This document shows, in pieces, positions 18,526 to 26,199 of a stretch of 39,780 nucleotides of DNA. Location of the stretch: UHGV virus genome UHGV-1378608; one strand, 5' to 3'. The position numbers and the translations under genes are program-made. The notes under the pieces are model-generated. The model was given only the letters and a program-made list of their open reading frames with translations, was not told the DNA's origin and ran no database searches. The DNA is from a virus. Every line of letters begins with the position of its first letter. The stretch's first letter is position 1.

Positions 18526-19227
18526 TTATTTGCCATAGAGCACTTCGGCCGCACTACGCTGGCCTTCATTACCACCGGTGACCATGCCATCTTCAGACAT
18601 CGCCTTTCCGATTTTCACGAACGTCTTGACCAGATCAGGGTGATTACCCAGCCCGGTGGTGTTCAGATATTCTTTGAGTTCAGGTGTCCCGAACTGGTCA
18701 AGCGCACGCTGTGCGGCGCTAAGGTTAGAAATCAACTTGTCGCCACCGATTTCTTTGTCAGCTTTTACATCCGCAGCCCACTGCTCGGTTGTTTTCTGCC
18801 AGGCTTCTGCCTGGCGCTGCTGAACACCTGCCAGAATCTTCGGATAAGCATCAACCAGCTTTTGCGCTTGCTCGTTGGTCAGGTTAAGTTCTCGCGCCAC
18901 CGGCTCGAATTCCTTCAACGCTTCTGTATCCAGCTCTACGCCTTCGGCAGCCTGAAACTCGTACTTCTCCGGCGCACCCTCCGGTTTATCGTCGTCATTT
19001 TTTTCACCCTGCTTATCGCTTTCAGGCTTTTTGTCATCAGCAGGTTTATCGCCATCAGCAACAGGTTGTGGCTTATCACCTTCCTGTTGTGATGGATCAC
19101 CAACTGGAGCAGGGTTATCACCTGCAGGCGCTGACGGTTCTGACGCAGCCGGAGCTACTCCACCATCGACTGGTTGCTCATTGCAAAGACGGCGATACAG
19201 CAAACGCTCAAATAAACTCATGATCAC
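18526..19227 (-). CDS. Scaffolding protein
   Basis: Acidic, Pro/Ala/Glu/Lys-rich low-complexity N-half and helical C-half; located between portal and capsid genes. Confidence 0.6.
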   Translation of the reverse strand: MIMSLFERLLYRRLCNEQPVDGGVAPAASEPSAPAGDNPAPVGDPSQQEGDKPQPVADGDKPADDKKPESDKQGEKNDDDKPEGAPEKYEFQAAEGVELDTEALKEFEPVARELNLTNEQAQKLVDAYPKILAGVQQRQAEAWQKTTEQWAADVKADKEIGGDKLISNLSAAQRALDQFGTPELKEYLNTTGLGNHPDLVKTFVKIGKAMSEDGMVTGGNEGQRSAAEVLYGK

Positions 19228-19520
19228 TCCTGTTCACTGGCCTCTTTGGCCATCTTCAAATACTGTTCAGGGCAATGCGCCATAACGCGCTGAAACAGTT
19301 CCAGCGCCAGATTGCGTTGCCCCTCATTAAATGCCATTGCCATAGCGTCCATCGGCGAGATAGCGGAAAACACACGGCCTTTCTCCAGTACCGACCAGAC
19401 AACCCGACGCCCCTGTTCACAGCTCATGACAAAGCGAATGTCATCAATTTCACGCTGTGCCATGTCACGTTGCTTACGGGCGTTTTCTTCTTTCAGTTGA
19501 TCGTCTTCGTAATCTGTCAT
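19224..19520 (-). CDS. Hypothetical head protein (98 aa)
   Basis: Translationally coupled between portal and scaffold genes. Confidence 0.4.
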   Translation of the reverse strand: MTDYEDDQLKEENARKQRDMAQREIDDIRFVMSCEQGRRVVWSVLEKGRVFSAISPMDAMAMAFNEGQRNLALELFQRVMAHCPEQYLKMAKEASEQE

Positions 19521-21196
19521 TGTGATTGCCCACCCTGACCACTAACTGCATTCGCCATAGCTGACAAAACACTCGGATCCGAAGTTTTAGCTTCGCTTAG
19601 CGTCTTGGCCCCCTGTGCCGCCGCCATCCCCATCGCCATCATTTGTTGCTGCTGTTGCTGCTGTGCCCGTTGCTGGCGAGCCTGCTCAACCTGTTCCTGC
19701 GGAACAATGACGGTTGGAGACACTCCGGACATATCAGCGAATGCATCGATCGCCTGATCAACGTTGAGTTTGTCGAGAGCTTCTGGTTTCGCTTGCGCAA
19801 GTTGACCAATGAAGTTAACCGTGGACGCCAGACTGGACAGGCCGATAGACTTCTGCGCCTGAGCCATGACGGAAATGTATTCGACCTTCAGGGGCATGCC
19901 TTCCATCGCGTCAGGCGGTGGCGGCAGCATGTTTTTACGCACCATCATCGAGAAAGCGCGATCAATGAGAGGATTAAGACATTCGTCGTTCAGACGCTCC
20001 AGAACCGGCCCCAACATCAGAAGTTTTTCTTCTTTCATTTCGATCACCGCTTCAACAGGCATCGAGCGGGTATTGATGTTCTGCAACATCATGAACAGAT
20101 CGACAAAGTAGGCGCTGTTAATGATTTGGCGAGTGTCCTGAATGTCTGCCACCAGATCTGCTGTACTGGGGTTAACCAGATAAGCAGGCCTGAAACCATC
20201 CTGACCAGTAATCTGATCGATATACGTGATGTCGCCAGGAAGAAGGGAGGCGCGCTGATTCTTGAGGGAAGTCGGAGCAACCATCGGCGGATTGGTGGCT
20301 TTATCAATCAACTGCGACTTGCGCTTCTGGAGAAGCTGCAATGCCTTAACAGGTCCAAGCGCCAGCATACCCGGGCATGATGATCCATAAACATCTTCGC
20401 CGTTAACTTCCCAGCGCGGAGCCATAATTGGAAACTCATCGAATCCGGACTCACGCAACAACTTGTCGTTATCGCCACCAACCTCGTAATAAACCGATTT
20501 GAATGGCTTGTTCTTGCTATCCAGCTTCGATGTATCGCGGTCAATGTTCGGGTAAACCGAATGCATCACTTCGATCCACTTCTCGTAGGTGCCGCTTTCC
20601 CACATGCTTTTTACGGATTCGCTGACGTTATTTAGCCCGAACTCCTGAACAAGCTGACGAACAGTCATAGAGAACTTGCGAAAACAGGTGTCAACACTGC
20701 CACGAGGTGAGTTAGCCAGGTAGTAACTGCCTATCGGGAATGGCATTGTGCGAATGATGTCCTCATCATCCTCCAGTACCGCCATTGCACCGGTGCTGTA
20801 TGTGCCGAGGCTTCCGTATAACTGCGGCAGCGACTGATAGAGATTCGACTTATTGAACATATCGTTCATGCGGTTCTGCACCGCCTCAAGCCACAACTTA
20901 ACAGGGCCATAATCCATCATTTCAGGATCTGGCGTAGCCAGGCGAAACCACGGACGCGCGGGGCTTGTGATGCCTGACATCATGCCGCTGGCGAGAGTGC
21001 GCGCCGCCATAGTCCCGGTCGAATCAATAATGCGTGTATTGCGTCGATCGTTACGGTTGACCTCAGAAGTCAGAAAGCGGGAACCACGCGGGTTGATGTA
21101 ATCACTCAACTCGCGCCAGTGCGGCTCGAACGACTGACGCTCGCTTTCAAGTTGTGCGAACTGTTTGTTCAATCGCTCTTTAGTTGTTTCCGCCAT
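19517..21196 (-). CDS. Portal (head-to-tail connector) protein, 559 aa
   Basis: Size and position after terminase; Gln/Ala-rich C-terminus. Confidence 0.65.
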   Translation of the reverse strand: MAETTKERLNKQFAQLESERQSFEPHWRELSDYINPRGSRFLTSEVNRNDRRNTRIIDSTGTMAARTLASGMMSGITSPARPWFRLATPDPEMMDYGPVKLWLEAVQNRMNDMFNKSNLYQSLPQLYGSLGTYSTGAMAVLEDDEDIIRTMPFPIGSYYLANSPRGSVDTCFRKFSMTVRQLVQEFGLNNVSESVKSMWESGTYEKWIEVMHSVYPNIDRDTSKLDSKNKPFKSVYYEVGGDNDKLLRESGFDEFPIMAPRWEVNGEDVYGSSCPGMLALGPVKALQLLQKRKSQLIDKATNPPMVAPTSLKNQRASLLPGDITYIDQITGQDGFRPAYLVNPSTADLVADIQDTRQIINSAYFVDLFMMLQNINTRSMPVEAVIEMKEEKLLMLGPVLERLNDECLNPLIDRAFSMMVRKNMLPPPPDAMEGMPLKVEYISVMAQAQKSIGLSSLASTVNFIGQLAQAKPEALDKLNVDQAIDAFADMSGVSPTVIVPQEQVEQARQQRAQQQQQQQMMAMGMAAAQGAKTLSEAKTSDPSVLSAMANAVSGQGGQSQ

Positions 21197-21210
21197 TTCA
21201 ATGACTCCGG

Positions 21211-21417
21211 TTACTGACCAAGCAGCGTTTTACCGCTGGTATTAGCAGTTGATGTGTCGCCCTGAGAACCGGTAAGCAGCGTAGAACTACGACCAGCAGC
21301 AGCGCGACGGCGACGTGTTTCTTCGTCGCGGGCATCAACAACGGCGGCATCCTGCTCCTGTGGTGCTGCCTGAACTTCTGGTGTTGCAGGCACTGATGGT
21401 GAGCTACCCATGCACAT
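21211..21417 (-). CDS. Small hypothetical protein (68 aa)
   Basis: ORF immediately upstream of portal; Ala/Arg-rich; uncertain whether expressed. Confidence 0.3.
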   Translation of the reverse strand: MCMGSSPSVPATPEVQAAPQEQDAAVVDARDEETRRRRAAAGRSSTLLTGSQGDTSTANTSGKTLLGQ

Positions 21418-21507
21418 ATCAATGACTCCGTACGCAATTAAATTATTACCAATTTAACCATATATGATTTATTTATCGTAGGTAGTTGACATTTAACGCA
21501 CAAATTA

Positions 21508-21522
21508 TTACCTTTAAGGTAA
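21508..21522 (+). promoter_or_regulatory. Operator-like palindrome TTACCTTTAAGGTAA
   Basis: Perfect TTACCT-N4-GGTAA site in the non-coding gap between the late genes and the tRNA; a TTGACA hexamer lies at 21486-21491. Confidence 0.45.
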
Positions 21523-21845
21523 GCAAAGGGTTCATTCCGGTTATTAACCTGACTGGCTTGTCGTTAAATTGAACAGGTGGAGTGAGCTTTTATTTTGAGC
21601 AGTACGGCGTATGGCACATGCGCCGATAGCGGTATGGATACGTTTAAGGGGCACCCTCCCTTGCTCGGGCAAACGAACCAGGTAGCCGGAATGTGCAAGT
21701 CGAGCGGTTTTATTCCGCGCACGGGGATTCACCATCCCGGCGATTCGGTGTGACGCCTCGGAAGAGACGAGGGTACAACGATGAGAGCATTTATGGAGCT
21801 GCGACAAAGTGTGGCGCACTTAACAGGCTAAGTGCTCTCAGCGTT

Positions 21846-21922
21846 GTGGCATTAGCTCAGTTGGACAGAGCAACCGCCTTCTAAGCGGTTGGTCGCAGGT
21901 TCGAATCCTGCATGCCACGCCA
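21846..21922 (+). tRNA. tRNA-Arg, anticodon UCU
   Basis: 77 nt; acceptor stem GTGGCAT/ATGCCAC, D-arm GCTC-AGTTGGACA-GAGC, anticodon stem ACCGC/GCGGT with loop CTTCTAA, T-arm GCAGG-TTCGAAT-CCTGC, discriminator G and encoded CCA. Confidence 0.85.
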
Positions 21923-21965
21923 GAATCACGCCTAAGGACCGTGATGCCAGAAGTTCCAGGGGCTT

Positions 21966-22008
21966 GGCGGTGATGGTTTCCCTTGAAGGACTATCACCGC
22001 CCTTTTTA
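21966..22008 (+). terminator. Terminator-like hairpin downstream of tRNA
   Basis: 9-bp perfect stem ggcggtgat/atcaccgcc followed by CTTTTTA. Confidence 0.5.
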
Positions 22009-22085
22009 CAGCAGGACGCCATTGCGATGACTTCATGCTGTAAACCAGTACAGCCACGGAAGGCATAACTCATTGCTTCCAGTTT

Positions 22086-22109
22086 GCCCGGTTCGCCGGG
22101 CATTTTTTT
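22086..22109 (+). terminator. Rho-independent terminator (GC stem, TTCG tetraloop, T7 run)
   Basis: gcccgg-ttcg-ccgggc followed by ATTTTTTTA; ends 11 nt before the RBS and ATG of the next gene. Confidence 0.6.
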
Positions 22110-22120
22110 AAGGTGAGATT

Positions 22121-22498
22121 ATGAACGACCAGCAAATCGAAAAAGAAATCATTGAGAAAGGCAAAACGGCACCGCGAATCACCCCGCAGCACATCGAAGA
22201 CGTGATTATTAGTGAGCACTATTTCACGGCTGCAGAAGGGGTTCATGGCGCTAATGAGCTTTTAAAACCGCATGAAAGCCCAATTGACTATTACCAGGAA
22301 GCGCACCCTGCTGAGTCACTTCTGACCTTCTGCGTTCTGGTGCTGCGCAACGGATTTACTGTAACCGGAGAAAGCGCCTGTGCAAGCCATGAAAACTTTG
22401 ATGCAGAAATTGGTCGGAAGATTGCCCGGCAGAATGCTGTAAACAAAATCTGGATGCTCGAAGGTTACTTGCTGAAGCAGAAGCTAAGCGAGCAATAA
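22121..22498 (+). CDS. Gp49-like phage protein (125 aa), moron
   Basis: Motifs ITPQHIEDVI, HYFTAAEGV and FTVTGESACASHENFDAEIGRKIAR match my recollection of the phage Gp49/66 family; RBS aaggtgag. Confidence 0.55.
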   Translation: MNDQQIEKEIIEKGKTAPRITPQHIEDVIISEHYFTAAEGVHGANELLKPHESPIDYYQEAHPAESLLTFCVLVLRNGFTVTGESACASHENFDAEIGRKIARQNAVNKIWMLEGYLLKQKLSEQ

Positions 22499-22502
22499 CA
22501 CC

Positions 22503-22514
22503 GTGACATGTCAC
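22503..22514. repeat. Perfect 12-bp palindrome GTGACATGTCAC (copy 2 of 3)
   Basis: Exact repeat of the palindrome at 5270 and 25578; 5 bp after the stop of the Gp49-like gene. Confidence 0.6.
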
Positions 22515-22612
22515 AAACAGCCGGCCGATGAGCTGGCTTTGTTTTATCCTCATCAGAGGATATCAACGACATTATCCCCTCATAGGGATACGTTTTTCAT
22601 AATGACCGAAGA

Positions 22613-22627
22613 TTACCTTAAAGGTAG
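22613..22627 (+). promoter_or_regulatory. Operator-like palindrome TTACCTTAAAGGTAG (1 mismatch)
   Basis: TTACCT-N4-GGTAA family member about 30 bp upstream of the 22658 ATG. Confidence 0.4.
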
Positions 22628-22657
22628 AATCAGAAAAAAACCTAAAAGGGCCTGGAC

Positions 22658-23398
22658 ATGCTTGAATCACTTAAAGAATACCTATCTTCAACCGTTAATA
22701 CCGCTGCGCAAAGGGTCAGAAATCCAGTGTTTGGAGCGTTCGCACTGTCATGGTGCGCCTTTAACTGGAAGTCGATTTTATACTTACTCCTCAGCGACTC
22801 CAGCATCATCGACAAGATCACCTACATTTCCAGCAATAGCAGTTGGAAAACGGTATTAGCATTCCCATGTGTTTCAGCAATAATCCTGTGCGGCGGCATG
22901 CCCTGGATCAACAACGTGATTTCAAAGTGGCAAGCCAAACCTCTTGATAATTACGATTCGATAGAGAACCACCGGAAGGCCAAGCGCATTCATCGCGCCA
23001 CACGCCTGCAGCGCCTGAAGGCAAAGCACGATGTGACATACGACAAAGTTAAGACTGGCGCCGAAAAGGACATACAGGCTATGAAGGAAAGAATTACGGA
23101 GTCACAGGCCAGGATGGGTGAGCTAACGTCGGAAAGAGATAGGCTCTCCGATAAGGTTTTGGAATTGAATAAGAAGCTGGAAAACATGCAATCAGTGGCT
23201 GCAGCGTTAAAGATTGAGGCAGAAAAGTCCGCCAGAATGCTTGAAGATAGGGAGGCCAAAATAAATAATCTCATACAAGAATTAAAGGAAAAAGAAAAGG
23301 AAAGTATCGTATTGCATATGGGCCATGAACCCTTGCGAAAAACATATACATCACAGGCTGAGAGAATGATTGCTGAAGCCGTGAAAAATAAGCAATAA
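22658..23398 (+). CDS. Membrane-anchored coiled-coil protein (246 aa), moron of unknown function
   Basis: N-terminal hydrophobic segments, then a long charged heptad-like region; visibly AT-rich coding sequence; opposite strand to flanking late genes. Confidence 0.5.
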   Translation: MLESLKEYLSSTVNTAAQRVRNPVFGAFALSWCAFNWKSILYLLLSDSSIIDKITYISSNSSWKTVLAFPCVSAIILCGGMPWINNVISKWQAKPLDNYDSIENHRKAKRIHRATRLQRLKAKHDVTYDKVKTGAEKDIQAMKERITESQARMGELTSERDRLSDKVLELNKKLENMQSVAAALKIEAEKSARMLEDREAKINNLIQELKEKEKESIVLHMGHEPLRKTYTSQAERMIAEAVKNKQ

Positions 23399-23399
23399 A

Positions 23400-24875
23400 T
23401 CACGCAAACGGGTCGTAATCTGTGATGGCCTTGCCTTGCTGGTTCTGCTGACCGGGAATTCGCAGGCGCTTCGACACAGGGAAAGCAAACGTCAGCAATA
23501 GCGCATCGCCTTTCCCCGGCGAACGCCCAAGTCGTTCTTTGATATCTTCCTTCGGTTCGATAACGATTTTACCGTCCACGCGAACTTTGTACTCTGCCGT
23601 CGACAGGTCGTCCGCTGTTTCCTGGTCATCCAGCATACCGCCCAGCCTCAGCCATGTCTTACATGAGTTGAACATCTCCCCACGCTTGTTGAGCATCTGC
23701 GGGTCAGTAGACGCGCCACCGAACGGAACAAGTTGCCATGTCCTGCCCCAGCCGTCACCGATGGACTTCAGCCCGGTGCCGTAACCGAAGTCGATGAACA
23801 CCGCGTCAGCCTGGTACTGGTCTTCAAAGTCGGCGATTCGCTTAGCCATAATCAAATCGTCGGTGGTCTTGTTGCCGGTCCAGAGCACTTTGCTGTGCAG
23901 CCCCTGCCGCAGGTATATCACCGCGTCATCAACTCCGGAATACGCCGGGTCGACGCCGATAATCACAGGAGCGTGAGCAACCTGCCCGGCGGTAACCACC
24001 CGCTTCATGGCCTCGTCTGTAAGGCCTGTTGGGATAAACTGGAGTTCTGACGCGTCAGGGAAGATCCCCCGCACGCGGACCTTCACGAAGTCGCTGTCTT
24101 CCCCGTAGTCATCAACCCATTTCTGCAACTGCTGTTTGTTAGTGCCTTCCACCGTCCGGCTGTCAATCTGCGCAGTTTTCCAGCGGTGTTTATATTTGCG
24201 GAAACATTCGCGGAAACGCCCGGTATTACGCGTCGGGTTCCCGAACGCCACCCAGATGATTTCGGTGTCTTCGTCCGTAAGCGCACCCTCAGCAACTTCC
24301 CACACCAGATCCGCAATGTTCGACGCTTCATCGAATACCACGATGATGCGTTTGCGCTCGTTGTGTAGTCCGGCGAATGCCTCAGTGTTGTGCTCAGACC
24401 AGGGTATTGCGTCAGCCCGCCACCGCTTGTCGTGCCCAGGATCATTGCTGTACATCGCGGTAGCGGTACAGGTAAACCAGTCTTTCGTGATGGCAAGGTT
24501 CGACCACTTGATAATTTCCGGCCAGGTCTTCGTTCGTAGCTGGTTGTCGGTGTTGGCGGTCACCACGACCTTACAATCCTCGCAAGTGGACATGCCCCAG
24601 TTGATCAGCATTGAGATGAATGCGGATTTACCAATACCGTGACCAGAAGCGCGTGCCAGCATAAGCGGCTGATAGCGCGTCTCTGGATTCTGCAGGTGAT
24701 CACGTATCTCTCGGAACGCATCGGCCTGCCACTGACGTGGACCGGTGGCATGTGCCAGTTCAGTACCCTCTTCCCCCCACGGGAACGCATAGAGGGCATA
24801 GCCAAGCGGATCGTGAGTGAACCCTGCAATATCCTCGATCAACTGCTCTTCAGGAGATAACGCTGTATCTGTCAC
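23400..24875 (-). CDS. Terminase large subunit
   Basis: 491 aa; Walker A-like LARASGHGIGKS, ATPase N-half and nuclease C-half with conserved acidic residues; follows small subunit with overlap. Confidence 0.85.
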   Translation of the reverse strand: MTDTALSPEEQLIEDIAGFTHDPLGYALYAFPWGEEGTELAHATGPRQWQADAFREIRDHLQNPETRYQPLMLARASGHGIGKSAFISMLINWGMSTCEDCKVVVTANTDNQLRTKTWPEIIKWSNLAITKDWFTCTATAMYSNDPGHDKRWRADAIPWSEHNTEAFAGLHNERKRIIVVFDEASNIADLVWEVAEGALTDEDTEIIWVAFGNPTRNTGRFRECFRKYKHRWKTAQIDSRTVEGTNKQQLQKWVDDYGEDSDFVKVRVRGIFPDASELQFIPTGLTDEAMKRVVTAGQVAHAPVIIGVDPAYSGVDDAVIYLRQGLHSKVLWTGNKTTDDLIMAKRIADFEDQYQADAVFIDFGYGTGLKSIGDGWGRTWQLVPFGGASTDPQMLNKRGEMFNSCKTWLRLGGMLDDQETADDLSTAEYKVRVDGKIVIEPKEDIKERLGRSPGKGDALLLTFAFPVSKRLRIPGQQNQQGKAITDYDPFA

Positions 24876-25468
24876 TGATTACCATCCTGACGTTCTTTGA
24901 GTCGCTTCCTGGCTGCTGCTATGCGATCAGCAATTGTCACATTCACATTAACATCCAGGCGTTCTTTGAATGCGTTGACGTCGACGTGCTTACCAATCAG
25001 TTCTAGGTTCTTCACCTTGTCAGGCCATTTAATTTTTTTGAGGATTGTCTCTATCGAGTCCTCGTTCATGTTCATGATGGTCGATGACAGATCAAAGCCG
25101 CTAAGCGTAGTGCGCCATATTTTCGGCCACTCGCGGATTGGCTTAAGACTCCCATCGTCGTTGAGGATATCAATCACGTCCATCTGGTCGATCTCCACCA
25201 GGCGCATGAGAACGTAATCAGCACTGACGCGCATTCGTTTGTTGCGCTCCTCCATCAACTCGGCAATCCGTTTTTTAATGCGTTCATCACGCATCATGAC
25301 ACTGGCTTTAACTGCCGCTGTATTTGGGGAGAATCCTGCGTTAATCGCTGCCTGAGTCTGGTTTTCAGGCGTTTTGATGTATGACTGGCAATAAGCCTCC
25401 TGCATTGCTGTTAGTGGCTTAAATTGCGTTGATTTGCGTTTATAGGTTTTAGGTTCAGCAGACATCAT
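24872..25468 (-). CDS. Terminase small subunit
   Basis: Likely start at MMSAEP (25468) with GGTGG RBS; the ORF-track N-terminal extension to 25546 runs through a terminator hairpin and direct repeats and is probably not coding. Confidence 0.7.
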   Translation of the reverse strand: MMSAEPKTYKRKSTQFKPLTAMQEAYCQSYIKTPENQTQAAINAGFSPNTAAVKASVMMRDERIKKRIAELMEERNKRMRVSADYVLMRLVEIDQMDVIDILNDDGSLKPIREWPKIWRTTLSGFDLSSTIMNMNEDSIETILKKIKWPDKVKNLELIGKHVDVNAFKERLDVNVNVTIADRIAAARKRLKERQDGNQ

Positions 25469-25475
25469 AACCACC

Positions 25476-25509
25476 GTGGTAATAGTTACCGTTGTGGTAA
25501 TAGTACCAT
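25476..25509 (-). promoter_or_regulatory. Tandem direct repeats GTGGTAATAGT(T)ACC x2 immediately upstream of the terminase small subunit (candidate late promoter/activator site)
   Basis: Two adjacent copies, each also an inverted arrangement GGTAA-TAG-TTACC, between the terminator and the TerS start. Confidence 0.35.
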
Positions 25510-25510
25510 G

Positions 25511-25537
25511 CAAAATAAAGCCGCCATAGTTGGCGGC
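25511..25537 (-). terminator. Rho-independent terminator separating the early-left operon from the packaging genes (minus strand)
   Basis: Stem gccgcca/tggcggc with 4-nt loop, followed on the minus strand by TTTATTTTG. Confidence 0.55.
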
Positions 25538-25577
25538 AGTATTCAAAACCCATCAAATTCATCATGCATAATCTAAT

Positions 25578-25589
25578 CGTGACATGTCA
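25578..25589. repeat. Perfect 12-bp palindrome GTGACATGTCAC (copy 3 of 3)
   Basis: Overlaps the stop codon of the 113-aa Cys-rich gene, about 110 bp upstream of the TerS start. Confidence 0.6.
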
Positions 25590-25928
25590 CACTATTAATT
25601 TCGTTTCATGCCAGCCTTTAGTCACCCAGCATTGCAAGTCACCATTACACGGACATGAATTAACTGGAACTCTCTCGCCGCACTTACCGCAACATTTTCT
25701 GCTGATCGATTTTATACGCCCGCGCACGCGTGCATCATCCTGGCGGATCAGTAACGCTATATACTCACCAAATTCGTAAGGCGCACGCCCGGGGCGACGC
25801 GTGGCACAGTTACGCTCCAGCATTTCAATTTCCTGAGCATCAAGCACAATTTCCAGCTTACGCACACCAGATGCAGCTTGTCTGGCTCTCTGAGCGGCTT
25901 TGCGCTCTGCTGCTGATTTAGCCATCAA
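25587..25928 (-). CDS. Cys-rich (zinc-ribbon-like) basic protein, 113 aa; candidate late-gene regulator
   Basis: Basic helical N-half and C-terminal CCGKCGERVPVNSCPCNGDLQC; last gene before the late operon. Confidence 0.4.
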   Translation of the reverse strand: MMAKSAAERKAAQRARQAASGVRKLEIVLDAQEIEMLERNCATRRPGRAPYEFGEYIALLIRQDDARVRGRIKSISRKCCGKCGERVPVNSCPCNGDLQCWVTKGWHETKLIV

Positions 25929-26199
25929 TATTTACCTTTATCGCGTACACCTTTACCGGTTTATCGCCGAAGTGCGGATGTGTGATTGTCTTGATTTCAT
26001 ATCCGTCATACGGGACGTCTATTCTGCGGCTGGAATCGTCGCGCTTCGGATATCCCTTTGTGATAATCAGGCGGTCATACTCCCGGAACATAATTCGCTT
26101 ATTCCAGTAGTCATTACACAGGCGATACTCTTCCGTTTTCTCGCCTGACTTCATCTGGTCGAAATATTCACCGTTAACTGCCAGTTGAAGGTTAGCCAC
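25918..26199 (-). CDS. ASCH/DUF3850-like small protein (93 aa)
   Basis: Pattern EYFDQMKSGEKTEEYR...REYDRLIITKGY resembles ASCH-like DUF3850 phage proteins (from memory). Confidence 0.45.
   Translation of the reverse strand: MANLQLAVNGEYFDQMKSGEKTEEYRLCNDYWNKRIMFREYDRLIITKGYPKRDDSSRRIDVPYDGYEIKTITHPHFGDKPVKVYAIKVNIDG

Noticed and set aside
21544-21819. ORF 21544-21819 (minus, 91 aa) in the non-coding gap upstream of the tRNA
   Set aside because: No RBS, and an odd composition in a region that looks regulatory/structured; more likely non-coding.
21852-22103. ORF on the minus strand (83 aa) overlapping the tRNA
   Set aside because: It is antisense to the tRNA-Arg gene and its terminators; the GFEPATNRL-type translation is the usual artefact of reading a tRNA antisense strand.
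24872-25546. ORF-track start of terminase small subunit at 25546 (MNTAANYGG...TITTTVTITTVV)
   Set aside because: The N-terminal 26 codons run through an intrinsic terminator hairpin and tandem DNA repeats; an internal ATG at 25468 with a GGTGG RBS is the more plausible start.
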